Positions 1 to 9,754 of a stretch of DNA of 64,000 bases are shown in pieces. The number at the start of each line of letters is the position of its first letter. Position 1 is the stretch's first letter. Position numbers and translations under genes: made by a program. The DNA comes from Bdellovibrionales bacterium (GTDB lineage Bacteria; Bdellovibrionota; Bdellovibrionia; Bdellovibrionales; JAUICD01). The DNA is taken from positions 1 through 64,000 of the forward strand of contig CBDANC010000014.1 in the NCBI GenBank assembly GCA_965197425.1, read 5' to 3'. The notes under the pieces were generated by a model, which saw nothing but the letters and a program-made list of their open reading frames with translations, did no database searches and had not been told where the DNA came from.

Positions 1-67
1 TAAGAAATAATTGGTAAAACCACCAAACGGTGATAGCATCAGACTTACTCAAAGTAAACTAAAGACT

Positions 68-1394
68 CTACCTTTTCAATGCCCTTATACCAGCTCCAAT
101 AGTAAACAATAGCACTCCAAATATAAGCCATCCCTACCCACCTCCGGCAATAAACCTAATATCATGATGACAAATCCAAACACGGCAACAGCACCAGACT
201 TACCTAAACGAAATGTATATGCTTGTTCAGATGAACTAGGTACATAAGATGCAAAAGCGAGTCCCACAATGTTATTTATCATTTTACTAGCTATCTCATC
301 GTTTGGGTTGGCATCTAATATTTTACGATACTGCTCAGATGCAAAAGTCAACTTATCTTGACTTAAACAAATTTGTAAAAACCTTTTATGCTCCTTTTCA
401 TTATCATAGTGGGCTTTTACATTATCCCACACCGCTTTAAGCTCATCACCAACCTCTACCCCTTTCATAGGAATATAAGTTTTTGTTACTTCTGGTTTTT
501 CTGTTTCGCTATCCAATGCCTCTATATCTGGTGTCTCTGCATCTAAAGCCTTAGGAGCAGCAGGTGTTTTTTGTGTAACAGTTTTTTCTACAAAATCCTG
601 AATAGGGTCCTTGTTAGCCTTGTTTTTCTGTTCCATATATTTTTTGTACTTTTCAAATACAACACCACAAAAATCACAAGAAATCGTATTACTTACATTT
701 TTTTTGCCACACCTTGGACAAGTATGATTCAAATCACTTTCAGTGGATTTAGACTCACTGGGCTTGTTAAAGTTAAGCCCCTTATTAACACTGGATCCTT
801 TTGTATCACCCAAGCCAGTCTCAGGATTGAAAGCAAACTTCTCACCTATGTTAGCTTAGGTTTGTCTAACGGTGTTTCTTTAGGTTTTGACTCTGGTGCT
901 ACTTGCAACTGTTCCTTGGATTTTTCTGGAAGTTTTATCTCTGGCTTTTCTGCTTGTGGCATCCTTTCTTGTTTTGTTTGTGGTGTTAGCTCCACATTGT
1001 CTATGTCTCCTGGCTTGTCTGGCAAATTTTGCTTAAGTCCATCGCCTGGCTTAGTATGAAAATCAAATTCAAACTCACTTTTTTGCAAATCATCTAAACT
1101 AACTTGAGGATTAGACTCAAACTTATCCCCTATATTACTATCTTGCGTTGTCTCTGACTTTACTTCCGAGCTGTCTGGAGGGCTATGTTCAATATTCTCT
1201 GGTTTCTCAATTTCTAAGGTAGATTTTAGGAAAGTAGATACAAAACTTTCATCTGTATTAACAGGGCCGCAACAAAAGTCAACGCCACATCTGGAGCAAT
1301 TAAACTCCGCAATATTACTCTGTAAATCCGCTACCGCAACAGAGTAAGACTGCTTACAACTTGGACACTGTATATTTACTGTTTCCAATTTCAA
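68..1394 (-). CDS. Zinc-ribbon (MJ0042-like) membrane-anchored hypothetical protein; probably one gene split by two frameshifts
   Basis: ORFs 846..1394 (CPSC..CSRC) and 85..813 (CPRC..CDFC) join through a frameshift near 855: NIGEKFAFNPETGLGDTKG is in frame with the second ORF. A second shift near 130 gives a hydrophobic tail WLIFGVLLFTIGAGIRALKR* ending at 68. Confidence 0.55.
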
Positions 1395-1417
1395 ACCATT
1401 TAATGTTTAATTAAATT

Positions 1418-2958
1418 ATGATAGCTTCCATTGTATCAGGTATTTTAATTGGCACAAGCTATATTCCATTTCCTCCATGGGCAATTTTATTTGCAATGGT
1501 TCCTTTGTGGTCATTTTGGGTAAATAGAAATTTAAGCTATAAAAAAGTGTTTCTCTATGGATTTATAACTCAGTTCGTTTTATCCATAATAGGTTCTCAT
1601 TGGATCATCCACACTGTTGTAGAGTTTGGAAAAATGCCCTATTTTGTTGGAGTAATCGCTCTTATTGGATTTGCTGCTACTCAAAACCTACACATTCCAT
1701 TAGCAGGTATAGTATGGAAAGCGCTAAAAAAACCTCTTAATCTCACAAAGCCCATGTCTTTTGTTATATTGGGTATTCTAACAGCTATCCTAGAGGGAAT
1801 CCTACCTATGATATTTGACTGGAATCTTGGATACACATGGCTGTATTCAAAACTTCAATGTATCAAATTGCGGACACAGTTGGAATTCATGGTTAAGTTT
1901 TTTAACCTTTGTTTATAATGCTCTGTTTGCCATTGGATTTTTATATAGAAAACAAACAAAAAAACTCATTCTATGTGCAACCACTTTTGCATTAACCTTT
2001 ATATCTTTTAATGTCATTGGAATTGTGAAACAAAAAAAATTTCAAAAAACTGACGCTCAAGTTCGTATAGGAGTAGTTCAAGCAAACATAGGTAATATGG
2101 ACAAACATTTATCTAAGTATCAAAATGAAAGACCATCCAGAATAGTAAACAAGGTATATGAAAAATACTTTGAGCTAACTAGGCAACTTCTAGCAAACTC
2201 AAACCCCGATTTTGTGGTGTGGCCAGAAGCAAGCTTTCCTAAAAATTTAAACGAACGATTTTTGACAGGGTACCACCAAACAAAGTTAATAAATTTTATA
2301 AAAGAAACCAAGACTGTGATGATCGTAGGAGGTTTTGCCACCGACTTGGACCTAACCAAATACTATAACAGCATGTTCTTATTTGATAGAGATGCTAAAC
2401 TTTTAGATATCTACAAAAAGACATATCTGTTGGCGTTTGGAGAATATTTGCCTGGATCAGATCTAATACCAGTTCTAAAAAAATGGTTGCCTCAAGTAAG
2501 CCATTTTTCCAGAGGCAAAGGCCCCAAAGTTACTAAACTAGGAAACGTAAATGTTGGATATCAAATATGCTACGAAGGTTTATACCCAGAGTTTTCTGTA
2601 GGATTAGCCAAGAAGTCAGCTGATGTCATTGTAAATGTAACTAATGACTCCTGGTTTGGCCATACTATAGAACCTGTGCAACACCTATACATGACCATGG
2701 CTAGAACAATAGAAACTAGGATTCCAATAGTTAGATCAACAAATACAGGCATCTCCCTCCGCCATATTAGCAGACGGAACTTTTTTAGAAAAAAGCCCAG
2801 AGGAAGTAGAATGGACAAAAGAATTTTTAATAAAATATAACTCCAAACGCACACATACATTTTTCACAAAAATATCTAAATACCTAACACTAATTGAATT
2901 AATAATATTAACAAGCCTACTTACTGTACTTTATTTAAACAGAAGAATAAAAATATAA
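1418..2958 (+). CDS. lnt: Apolipoprotein N-acyltransferase, frameshifted near 1850-1900 and near 2755
   Basis: N-terminal TM region, then nitrilase-fold motifs VQANI, WPE, YKK..LLAFGEY, ICYE, NVTNDSWF, RSTNTGIS. An alternate frame continues SAILADG... to TAA at 2958. Confidence 0.9.
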
Positions 2959-2963
2959 ATCTC

Positions 2964-3226
2964 AAAGGTGAGGTTAATGAGGTAAAAAATAAGGAGGCTT
3001 CGCCTTCTTTTTTTTACCGAATGCCTGACCAGCTCTGAACACGATGATGATCCAGTAACTAAAGGTGAGGTTAATGAACAGCAAACAAACCTGGCTCTGC
3101 CAGTTGGTTCAATTGGCTTACGGGATAAGCCTTTATGTTTTCCAATTGAAATAACCTCCCTACGGTCGGTTTTTTGGCCGAATGCCTGACCAGCTCTGGA
3201 CAAGATGCTGATCCAGTTTCACAAGG
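2964..3226 (+). repeat. Mosaic dispersed repeat, copy 1 (two tandem units)
   Basis: AAAGGTGAGGTTAATGA...GCCTGACCAGCTCTG(G/A)ACA...GATCC occurs twice, with a TTCAATTGG..CCAATTGAA hairpin; same architecture as 20954-21202. Confidence 0.9.
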
Positions 3227-3290
3227 ATTGCATGAAACAATAAAATATGTTAGACCAAGGATAGCTCGAGTGGGTTGTGTCAGAAGTCCT

Positions 3291-3350
3291 AGGTTGAATT
3301 TTAAGCTGAATTTTAAGCTGAATTTTAAGCTGAATTTTAAGTTGAGTTTT
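3291..3350. repeat. 12-bp tandem repeat (AAGCTGAATTTT) x5
   Basis: Three perfect and two variant units upstream of the clpX-like gene. Confidence 0.95.
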
Positions 3351-3556
3351 ACACTAGCAAATATTACCCAACACTTGTAATAGAACATATGTGATAATAT
3401 TAACCATCAATTTTGAGGTTTTATGAAAGATAAAAAACCTAGCTCTAAAACAATAGAGGAAGAGGTCAAAGAGTTAGAAGCTATTTTTCAAAAAAAATTT
3501 GGAAAAAGCCTGGACCTGTTAAAATTTTTGCTGATGTAGTTTATCCCAAAAAACCT

Positions 3557-5029
3557 ATGTCTGCTGAAAAGCCTAAAAGTAGTCAAAGCAAAAAAAGCGT
3601 ATTAAAATTAAAATTCAACTTAAATCCTAAAGAGGTCAAAAATTTTCTAGACAGAAATGTCATCCATCAAGATGAAGCCAAAAAGGTGTTATCAATAGCC
3701 ATTTGTGATCACTATAACCATGTAGACTACTGTATTAAAAATCCTCAAAAAACAAAAACAGATTATGCTAAACAAAATGTTTTGATACTAGGACCAACAG
3801 GTGTTGGAAAAACCTATTTGGTAAGAGAACTTGCAAAATTAGTAGGAGTACCTTTTGTTAAAGCAGATGCAACTAGGTTTAGTGAAACAGGTTATGTAGG
3901 TGCAAATGTCGATGATTTGATAAAAGATCTAGTCAATCAAACTGACGGAGACTATGAGCTAGCGAAATATGGGATCATTTATTTAGATGAAGCAGATAAA
4001 CTAGCTGGTAATTCTTCCATTATAGGAAAAGACATAAGCGGCCGTGGTGTACAATTTGGGCTTTTAAAATTGATGGAAGAAACAGAAGTAGACCTAAGAT
4101 CCTCTAATGACATTGCATCTCAAATGAAAGCATTTATGGATATTCAAACAAAAGGCAAAATTGAAAAAGAAATCATAAACACAAAACACATTTTATTCAT
4201 AGTAAGTGGTGCATTTACTGATTTAGGAGACATTATACAAAAAAGATTAAGCGTAGGTGCTCTAGGTATAGGTGGAAAACTTAAACAAGATGTTAGTGAA
4301 TCTGATTTGTTCAGACAAGTTTCTACTAAAGATCTTATAGATTATGGTTTTGAACCAGAGTTTGTTGGAAGACTTCCTATCAGAGTAAATTGCCACGAAC
4401 TATCAGAAAATGACTTGTTCGATATACTAAAGCACTCAGAAGGTTCGATTATAAAACAATACAAACATGCATTTAAAAGCTATGGCATTGAACTTAGTTT
4501 TGACGATAAGGCTCTAATGGAAATTGCATCGACAGCTCATAAAGAAAAAACTGGAGCAAGAGGTCTGGTTACTGTATTAGAATCCCTATTAAGAGATTAT
4601 AAATTTGAACTCCCTTCCACTGGCGTAGATAAAGTACATGTTACTTATGAACTAGTTAAAAACCCAAACACAGTTCTAAAAAAACTAGTTAAATCTGCAA
4701 AGAAAAACAAAAAATCACCTGCCTACAGAGAAATAGAAAAGTTTGAAAAATATTTTTTTGAAAAACATGGATTTAAAATTGATTTTGATCTGCCAGCCAG
4801 AGACGAAATTCTAAGAGTTGCTGCAAAAGACAAAGTGTCTGCATTTCAGGTGTGTGAAAAAACCTTAGAATCATATGAACACGGTCTTAACCTTATAAAA
4901 CAAAACACCGGCAAAAAATCATTTAAAATCAACAAGTCTGTAATACAAAAACCTGCTGAAGTTTTAGAAAGTTGGATCAAAGAATCATACGCCTACCAAC
5001 TTAAAAACCAAACCCCTACAACATCGTAA
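3557..5029 (+). CDS. ClpX/HslU-family AAA+ ATPase; no N-terminal zinc finger, C-terminal extension
   Basis: GPTGVGKT Walker A, DATRFSETGYVG, IYLDEADK Walker B, TGARGL. The true start may be ATG 3423 (GAGG SD) with a frameshift near 3520. Confidence 0.85.
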   Translation: MSAEKPKSSQSKKSVLKLKFNLNPKEVKNFLDRNVIHQDEAKKVLSIAICDHYNHVDYCIKNPQKTKTDYAKQNVLILGPTGVGKTYLVRELAKLVGVPFVKADATRFSETGYVGANVDDLIKDLVNQTDGDYELAKYGIIYLDEADKLAGNSSIIGKDISGRGVQFGLLKLMEETEVDLRSSNDIASQMKAFMDIQTKGKIEKEIINTKHILFIVSGAFTDLGDIIQKRLSVGALGIGGKLKQDVSESDLFRQVSTKDLIDYGFEPEFVGRLPIRVNCHELSENDLFDILKHSEGSIIKQYKHAFKSYGIELSFDDKALMEIASTAHKEKTGARGLVTVLESLLRDYKFELPSTGVDKVHVTYELVKNPNTVLKKLVKSAKKNKKSPAYREIEKFEKYFFEKHGFKIDFDLPARDEILRVAAKDKVSAFQVCEKTLESYEHGLNLIKQNTGKKSFKINKSVIQKPAEVLESWIKESYAYQLKNQTPTTS

Positions 5030-5071
5030 TAATACTTGCACCCTTCGCAAGAATACTACAGGGATAAGTGC

Positions 5072-5159
5072 TGGTGCCTCCGGGGAGACTCGAACTCCCA
5101 AGGTAATAAATACCGGTGGATTTTGAGTCCACTGCGTCTACCAATTCCGCCACAGAGGC
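5072..5159 (-). tRNA. tRNA-Leu(CAA)
   Basis: Reverse complement reads GCCTCTGTGGCGGAATTGGTAGACGCA-GTGGA-CTCAAAA-TCCAC, long variable arm, GTTCGAG T-loop, ends CACCA. Confidence 0.97.
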
Positions 5160-5223
5160 TTGGCCTACAATTTAGTAGTATCTCCTTACAAGAATATCAA
5201 CTTAAAGGGATAAATATTGGTGT

Positions 5224-5412
5224 TTAAGTAATTGTGTCAAAACGTAATTTACCTATTAAAAACTGGCGAATGTATACATTCCTTAGCCCGAGGTCCACCA
5301 GGAAAGAGACACTCTGTAAGTACCTGGATCGGCGTCGTGTCCAGGGCTGGGCAACCACGAGGCAAAAAAAGCCAACAAGTCGGCTTGTTTTTGCCTCGTT
5401 CGGAAGACCTTT
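5224..5412 (-). repeat. Mosaic dispersed repeat, copy 2
   Basis: Reverse complement starts AAAGGTCTTCCGAACGAGGC; contains GCCTCGTGGTTGCCCAGC..GGACACGACGCCGATCC and AATTACGTTTTGACACA modules. Confidence 0.85.
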
Positions 5413-5415
5413 GAT

Positions 5416-5533
5416 AAAAAACACCCCTCACCCAAAAGGGAAAGGGGCCAAGGAGCAATAATGCTAGGAATCTTAAAGGGGGGGGGGGCGACCCCTAGCA
5501 CACCTCGGTAGGTAAAAACTACCAAGAAAGCTA
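5416..5533 (-). ncRNA. Candidate small RNA: three hairpins, C11 loop, intrinsic terminator
   Basis: Minus-strand stems CUUGGUAG/CUACCGAG, UGCUAGGGGUC/GAUUCCUAGCA and CCCCUUUCCC/GGGUGAGGGG followed by U6; all gain G-U pairs only on the minus strand. TTGACT at 5562-5567 lies upstream. Confidence 0.55.
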
Positions 5534-5619
5534 TGGAGAATTAGCCTGTTTTTTAATCAAAAGTCAAACACCAAAATTTAAGCAGCCTCAAACCATGGAA
5601 AAATTATATTATAAAGGTA

Positions 5620-5686
5620 AGCTGGGCAACCACGAGGCCAAAAATCAAACAAGTTCACTTTATTGGCCTCGTTAGGAAGACCTTTA
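5620..5686 (-). repeat. Mosaic dispersed repeat, copy 3 (short)
   Basis: GCTGGGCAACCACGAGGCC...GGCCTCGTTAGGAAGACCTTTA on the + strand. Confidence 0.85.
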
Positions 5687-5843
5687 TTACAATTTTTGTC
5701 ACTTAAGTATATAAAATAGACAATTTGAACAATAAAAATACAATCCAAAAATCAAACAAAAATACCAAAATAAACATATCATATATATAAAATCCTAATA
5801 AAATTAATATGTTATAATCATTAAGGTGTTCAGCTTACATACC

Positions 5844-5860
5844 TCGGCATAGGTTTTGCT
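5844..5860 (+). promoter_or_regulatory. Sigma-54 (-24/-12) promoter
   Basis: TCGGCATAGGTTTTGCT has exact GG-N10-GC spacing, 32 bp upstream of the ATG at 5893. Confidence 0.65.
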
Positions 5861-5892
5861 TAATATATAAGTCATATGGATCGGAGGTTTGT

Positions 5893-6993
5893 ATGAGACT
5901 AACAAAAAAACTAATGTATCCAGCTATTATAGCTCTTTGCATTAGCACTTATCAAACTTCTTCTGCAAGAGATTGGGACAGAGGGAGTAACAATTATACG
6001 GGTGATACCCATTGGGATGGCTATAGAAACAATACCAAACAAGAAAGCCCTGTTTATAATAGCGAAATCACATACAATGCTTTTCCTAGAGAAGCAAAGG
6101 TTGTAGGCCGTGCCAATTACACAATAAGAGGTAGATACAACGATAACCCATCTGAAAGATTAGTAAATATCGGTGAAAAAATACAAGAAAAGAAAAATGA
6201 AACTGTTCAAAGATACGATAAAAAAGTATCTACTATCATTGATAATGAAGTAGAAAAAACTTTGGACAAAATTGAAGGTTCAATCGACTCACCTGTTCAT
6301 GGCTATTCGCACCTGTCTGCTCATCCACACGGTGGTGGTGATCATCATGGTGTTATAGCTTCTCAGGTTGTGCCTGCACATTCAGCTCATACCTACCATG
6401 TAAAAAGAAAAAAATCTTCCGTATACCTTGGTGGAAGTTTTAACTACGGAATTTTTCATGGAGTTTCTCACATAAGAAATGGTTTAGGTACAAGTGCACT
6501 TATAGGTCTAACTGCACTAGATACTAATGTATCTGCAGAATTTGGATTTAACTACAACAGATACAACCTAGGACATTACTACGGTGTACCTCAAAACTAT
6601 CGTGCTAACCATAGTTACATGAACAATATAAATCATCTTGAAGAATACTCTGGTTCTATTAATGTAAGGTATCACTTACTACACTCTTCTGCTCTAAGAC
6701 CTTCTTTCGGTTTGGTAGCTAGTTACAGATATAGAACATACGCTCCAAATACTTATCGCTATGATAACTATACATCTGTTGATGCAATAGATTGTGGTTT
6801 TTCTGCTGGCTTAGACTTTGTAATTAGTGACAGACTGAGTTTTGGAGTAGACTACAAATATATGCTAAATCTTCATAATGCGGTTGATGGATTCTACCAA
6901 GACGATCTTTATGGAAGAAAGTATTTTGGATTAGACAACACAGAAAACCTAAATTACATGCTATTTAACTTTACTACTAGATTATTCTTTTAA
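5893..6993 (+). CDS. Outer-membrane beta-barrel protein with His-rich N-terminal region
   Basis: Signal peptide, amphipathic Tyr/Gly-rich strands (FSAGLDF..LSFGVDYKY), C-terminal Phe; GGAGG SD. Confidence 0.7.
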   Translation: MRLTKKLMYPAIIALCISTYQTSSARDWDRGSNNYTGDTHWDGYRNNTKQESPVYNSEITYNAFPREAKVVGRANYTIRGRYNDNPSERLVNIGEKIQEKKNETVQRYDKKVSTIIDNEVEKTLDKIEGSIDSPVHGYSHLSAHPHGGGDHHGVIASQVVPAHSAHTYHVKRKKSSVYLGGSFNYGIFHGVSHIRNGLGTSALIGLTALDTNVSAEFGFNYNRYNLGHYYGVPQNYRANHSYMNNINHLEEYSGSINVRYHLLHSSALRPSFGLVASYRYRTYAPNTYRYDNYTSVDAIDCGFSAGLDFVISDRLSFGVDYKYMLNLHNAVDGFYQDDLYGRKYFGLDNTENLNYMLFNFTTRLFF

Positions 6994-7010
6994 ACAAACT
7001 CCCCTACTAC

Positions 7011-7042
7011 AAAAAAGGCTACCAAACAGTAGCCTTTTTTTT
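7011..7042. terminator. Bidirectional intrinsic terminator
   Basis: A6-GGCTAC-caaaca-GTAGCC-T8 between convergent genes. Confidence 0.85.
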
Positions 7043-7062
7043 GTCTCAAAAATAAAAGTAAC

Positions 7063-8190
7063 TCACAGATTACTTCCATCTTTATATATCTGATCCAATA
7101 AAATTTGGTTTTCTTCAAAAGTACACAATTTATCAATTGATAATAACTTCCTCTTACCAGACTCACCCCGACCAACCATTATGACGTAGTTAATACTTAA
7201 AGAAATAAGCTTTCTGATACTAAGGATATTCCAACTACTTGCACCCAACTGCACCAAAAATTCCAACCTTATTAAAGCTTCCCTGGCAGAACTTGCATGC
7301 AGTGTACACAAACACCCTTTATGCCCAGTAGAAAGAGCTAACAAATAATCCTTTGCTTCCTTACCCCTTAACTCACCCAAAACAATACGATCAGGACGCA
7401 TCCTCAATGACTCAAAAATAAGATCATTCAAAGAAACCGGAGCTAAATTAGGATTATTTCTTGTAAGTAACTTAGCACTCACATTGTTTGGTTTTGTAAT
7501 TTCACAAGCATCCTCCAATATAAGCACCCTTTCATTGTCGTCACACAAATTAAGCAGAGCAGATAAGAATGTCGTTTTACCAGAACTGGTTTCCCCTATA
7601 ATCAAAATGTTGTTCTTTTTTTTCAATAGAGAGGCAACTAACTTCATTTCTCTGTCACCTGCAAAACCATTTTTCTCCAAAAAAGCCATATCCAATGAAG
7701 CAGAAGAAGTTCGCCTAAATGTTACCTGCGTTTCATTGGATACCAAAGATTGCCTTACCACATGCATCCTAAAACCTTTCCACTTAGCGGTAATAAATGG
7801 ATTATCAACTGAAGGATCTATATTACACTCATGATATATTCTGTTCATACAATTACTAAATGAAGTTTGGGACATAAAATTATCTTCATGCTTATGTATA
7901 GTCCCACCACGCTCTACCCAGATATTGCCAGAACCTATTAAAATAATCTCAGATATTGTCTTATCATCAATTAAACTCTGTAACGGGCCATAGGCAAAAA
8001 ACTCATCATAAATTCTTTTGCTTAAATTTTTATCCAAACCCTCAATGTATTTGTTTACAATACTCAATGCTTCTGAATTTTTGTTTGAACTAGAAAACTC
8101 CAACTCCGACATAGGAAGTTTGGATATTTCCTTTAAAAGATCCAATACGATAGATTTAGTTTTATCCATCCTTGATCTCCTATATGCCAC
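7063..8190 (-). CDS. cpaF: Tad/Flp pilus assembly ATPase (CpaF/TadA family)
   Basis: YGPLQSL, GETSSGKTT, LRMRPDRIVLGELRG, TGH, TLHA motifs. Confidence 0.85.
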   Translation of the reverse strand: MAYRRSRMDKTKSIVLDLLKEISKLPMSELEFSSSNKNSEALSIVNKYIEGLDKNLSKRIYDEFFAYGPLQSLIDDKTISEIILIGSGNIWVERGGTIHKHEDNFMSQTSFSNCMNRIYHECNIDPSVDNPFITAKWKGFRMHVVRQSLVSNETQVTFRRTSSASLDMAFLEKNGFAGDREMKLVASLLKKKNNILIIGETSSGKTTFLSALLNLCDDNERVLILEDACEITKPNNVSAKLLTRNNPNLAPVSLNDLIFESLRMRPDRIVLGELRGKEAKDYLLALSTGHKGCLCTLHASSAREALIRLEFLVQLGASSWNILSIRKLISLSINYVIMVGRGESGKRKLLSIDKLCTFEENQILLDQIYKDGSNL

Positions 8191-9442
8191 TAACTAATCT
8201 AGGGGTAACCAAAATAACAAGCTTTGTTTTATTGTTTCTATAGTCAGAAGAGGAAAACAGTTTTCCTAAAATAGGTATCTTACTAATAAGAGGAATACCT
8301 TTTAGAGCTTTACCATTTGATGACTTAAGTAAACCTGAAAGAACAATTGTATTCGAAGCTTTAATATTAAACTTAGACTTAATCTCATTTTTAAACATTG
8401 CAGGCACACCATTTGCCGTCATGCTAGAGTCAATAGAAGATATTTGTGTTGTAAGATCTATCGAAATTTCACCAGTCTGATTAGCAATAGGACTAAACTT
8501 TAAAAGCACACCATAGGGCTTCCACTGAACAGCCGACCTGTAATAGCTATTAACCGGTATCGGGATTTCACCACCAGCAAAAAAAGATGCTTCCTCTCCA
8601 CTTTTGCATATCAAAGTTGGTTTCGACAATACACTACCATGCCCAGACTCCTCCAAACTATTTAACTCAAGCTCTAACTTGTCTGAAAATTTAGTTGGTA
8701 AAATGGATGCAGTATAAGTACTAGGCCAACCAATACCAAATCTATAAAACCCGCTTTTTCGAAGTTCAGTAATATGAACCTGAAGCTCTATCATAGGAGC
8801 TAAGGAAATCTTACCGCTATTATAGCTAACGGGTAAACCAAATGAACTGATGTACCTTTTGTGATCATCAATTAACTTAGTATCTCCATAAATTTCAATG
8901 CGATAAGTTTTTTTGGCTTTTATAAACTCTATTTGATGTAAATTATTTTTTACTTTGTACTCTGCTAAATGTTTTTTAAAGGCACGTTCAACTTCTGGTT
9001 CAAAGGCAGTATCTAAAACAAAGTTACTATTATGCTTTAAAGAAATATTAGAAAACTCCAATAAATCTGAAATGTGTAGAACCCTGCCTGATACAATAGG
9101 ACTGTCTTTGGAAAATTTTAACTCCGGCCCTCTCATATCTGCTATAGCAACATTTAGTGCGTTGGCAAAATTATAGAGTTCAGGAGGATACACAACTATC
9201 ATATAAGTATCACTGGAATCTGAAACCAAAGAAACCCCTGGCTTTTTGGCAGAAACACTGTAGAAACCACCATAAGATCCTACGTCTATACTAGCTCTAC
9301 CCTTAACAGAAATACTTTTGGCCACGCTTATAGGAAGCTGTATATGCTGAGTAGGCATAAGGATTTTTGTAATTGTTTTAGACCAAGCAACTTTATAAAA
9401 TAAAAAGCTCAAACAAAATAAAAATAAATTCAACCTTATCAT
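8180..9442 (-). CDS. cpaC: Tad secretin (CpaC/RcpA family)
   Basis: SGEEASFFAGGEIP, KPYGV, IPLISKIPILGKLFSS, LVILVTP secretin motifs. Likely start MIRLNLF at 9442; the ORF is open to 9517. Confidence 0.8.
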   Translation of the reverse strand: MIRLNLFLFCLSFLFYKVAWSKTITKILMPTQHIQLPISVAKSISVKGRASIDVGSYGGFYSVSAKKPGVSLVSDSSDTYMIVVYPPELYNFANALNVAIADMRGPELKFSKDSPIVSGRVLHISDLLEFSNISLKHNSNFVLDTAFEPEVERAFKKHLAEYKVKNNLHQIEFIKAKKTYRIEIYGDTKLIDDHKRYISSFGLPVSYNSGKISLAPMIELQVHITELRKSGFYRFGIGWPSTYTASILPTKFSDKLELELNSLEESGHGSVLSKPTLICKSGEEASFFAGGEIPIPVNSYYRSAVQWKPYGVLLKFSPIANQTGEISIDLTTQISSIDSSMTANGVPAMFKNEIKSKFNIKASNTIVLSGLLKSSNGKALKGIPLISKIPILGKLFSSSDYRNNKTKLVILVTPRLVSGI

Positions 9443-9455
9443 GAAACAAATATAA

Positions 9456-9473
9456 AAGCATATTTCGTGCCGC
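9456..9473 (-). promoter_or_regulatory. Putative sigma-54 promoter for cpaC-cpaF
   Basis: Reverse complement CGGCACGAAATATGCTT has GG-N10-GC spacing; would give a very short leader. Confidence 0.5.
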
Positions 9474-9754
9474 CTAAAACCAACCTGTTTTATGCTTAGA
9501 GTATTTATTGAGTTCAAAAGTTGAACTGCTTTCTAATACCAGAAAAATTTTTGTTGTTTAGAAAGCTTAAGTTTGAGAGACACTAATGATAAGCACACAT
9601 TTTAAGGAGCTTTTAGTGTGTATTATAAAGCAAGACAAAGGTGGGTGTTCTTATGTGGGACAAATAGGCTTATTCCTATCTAAAAGGACCTGTTGACCTA
9701 GAAGATATAAAAAATCTGCTTTATAATATGAAGAGCTTATAAGAGGTAGATTTT

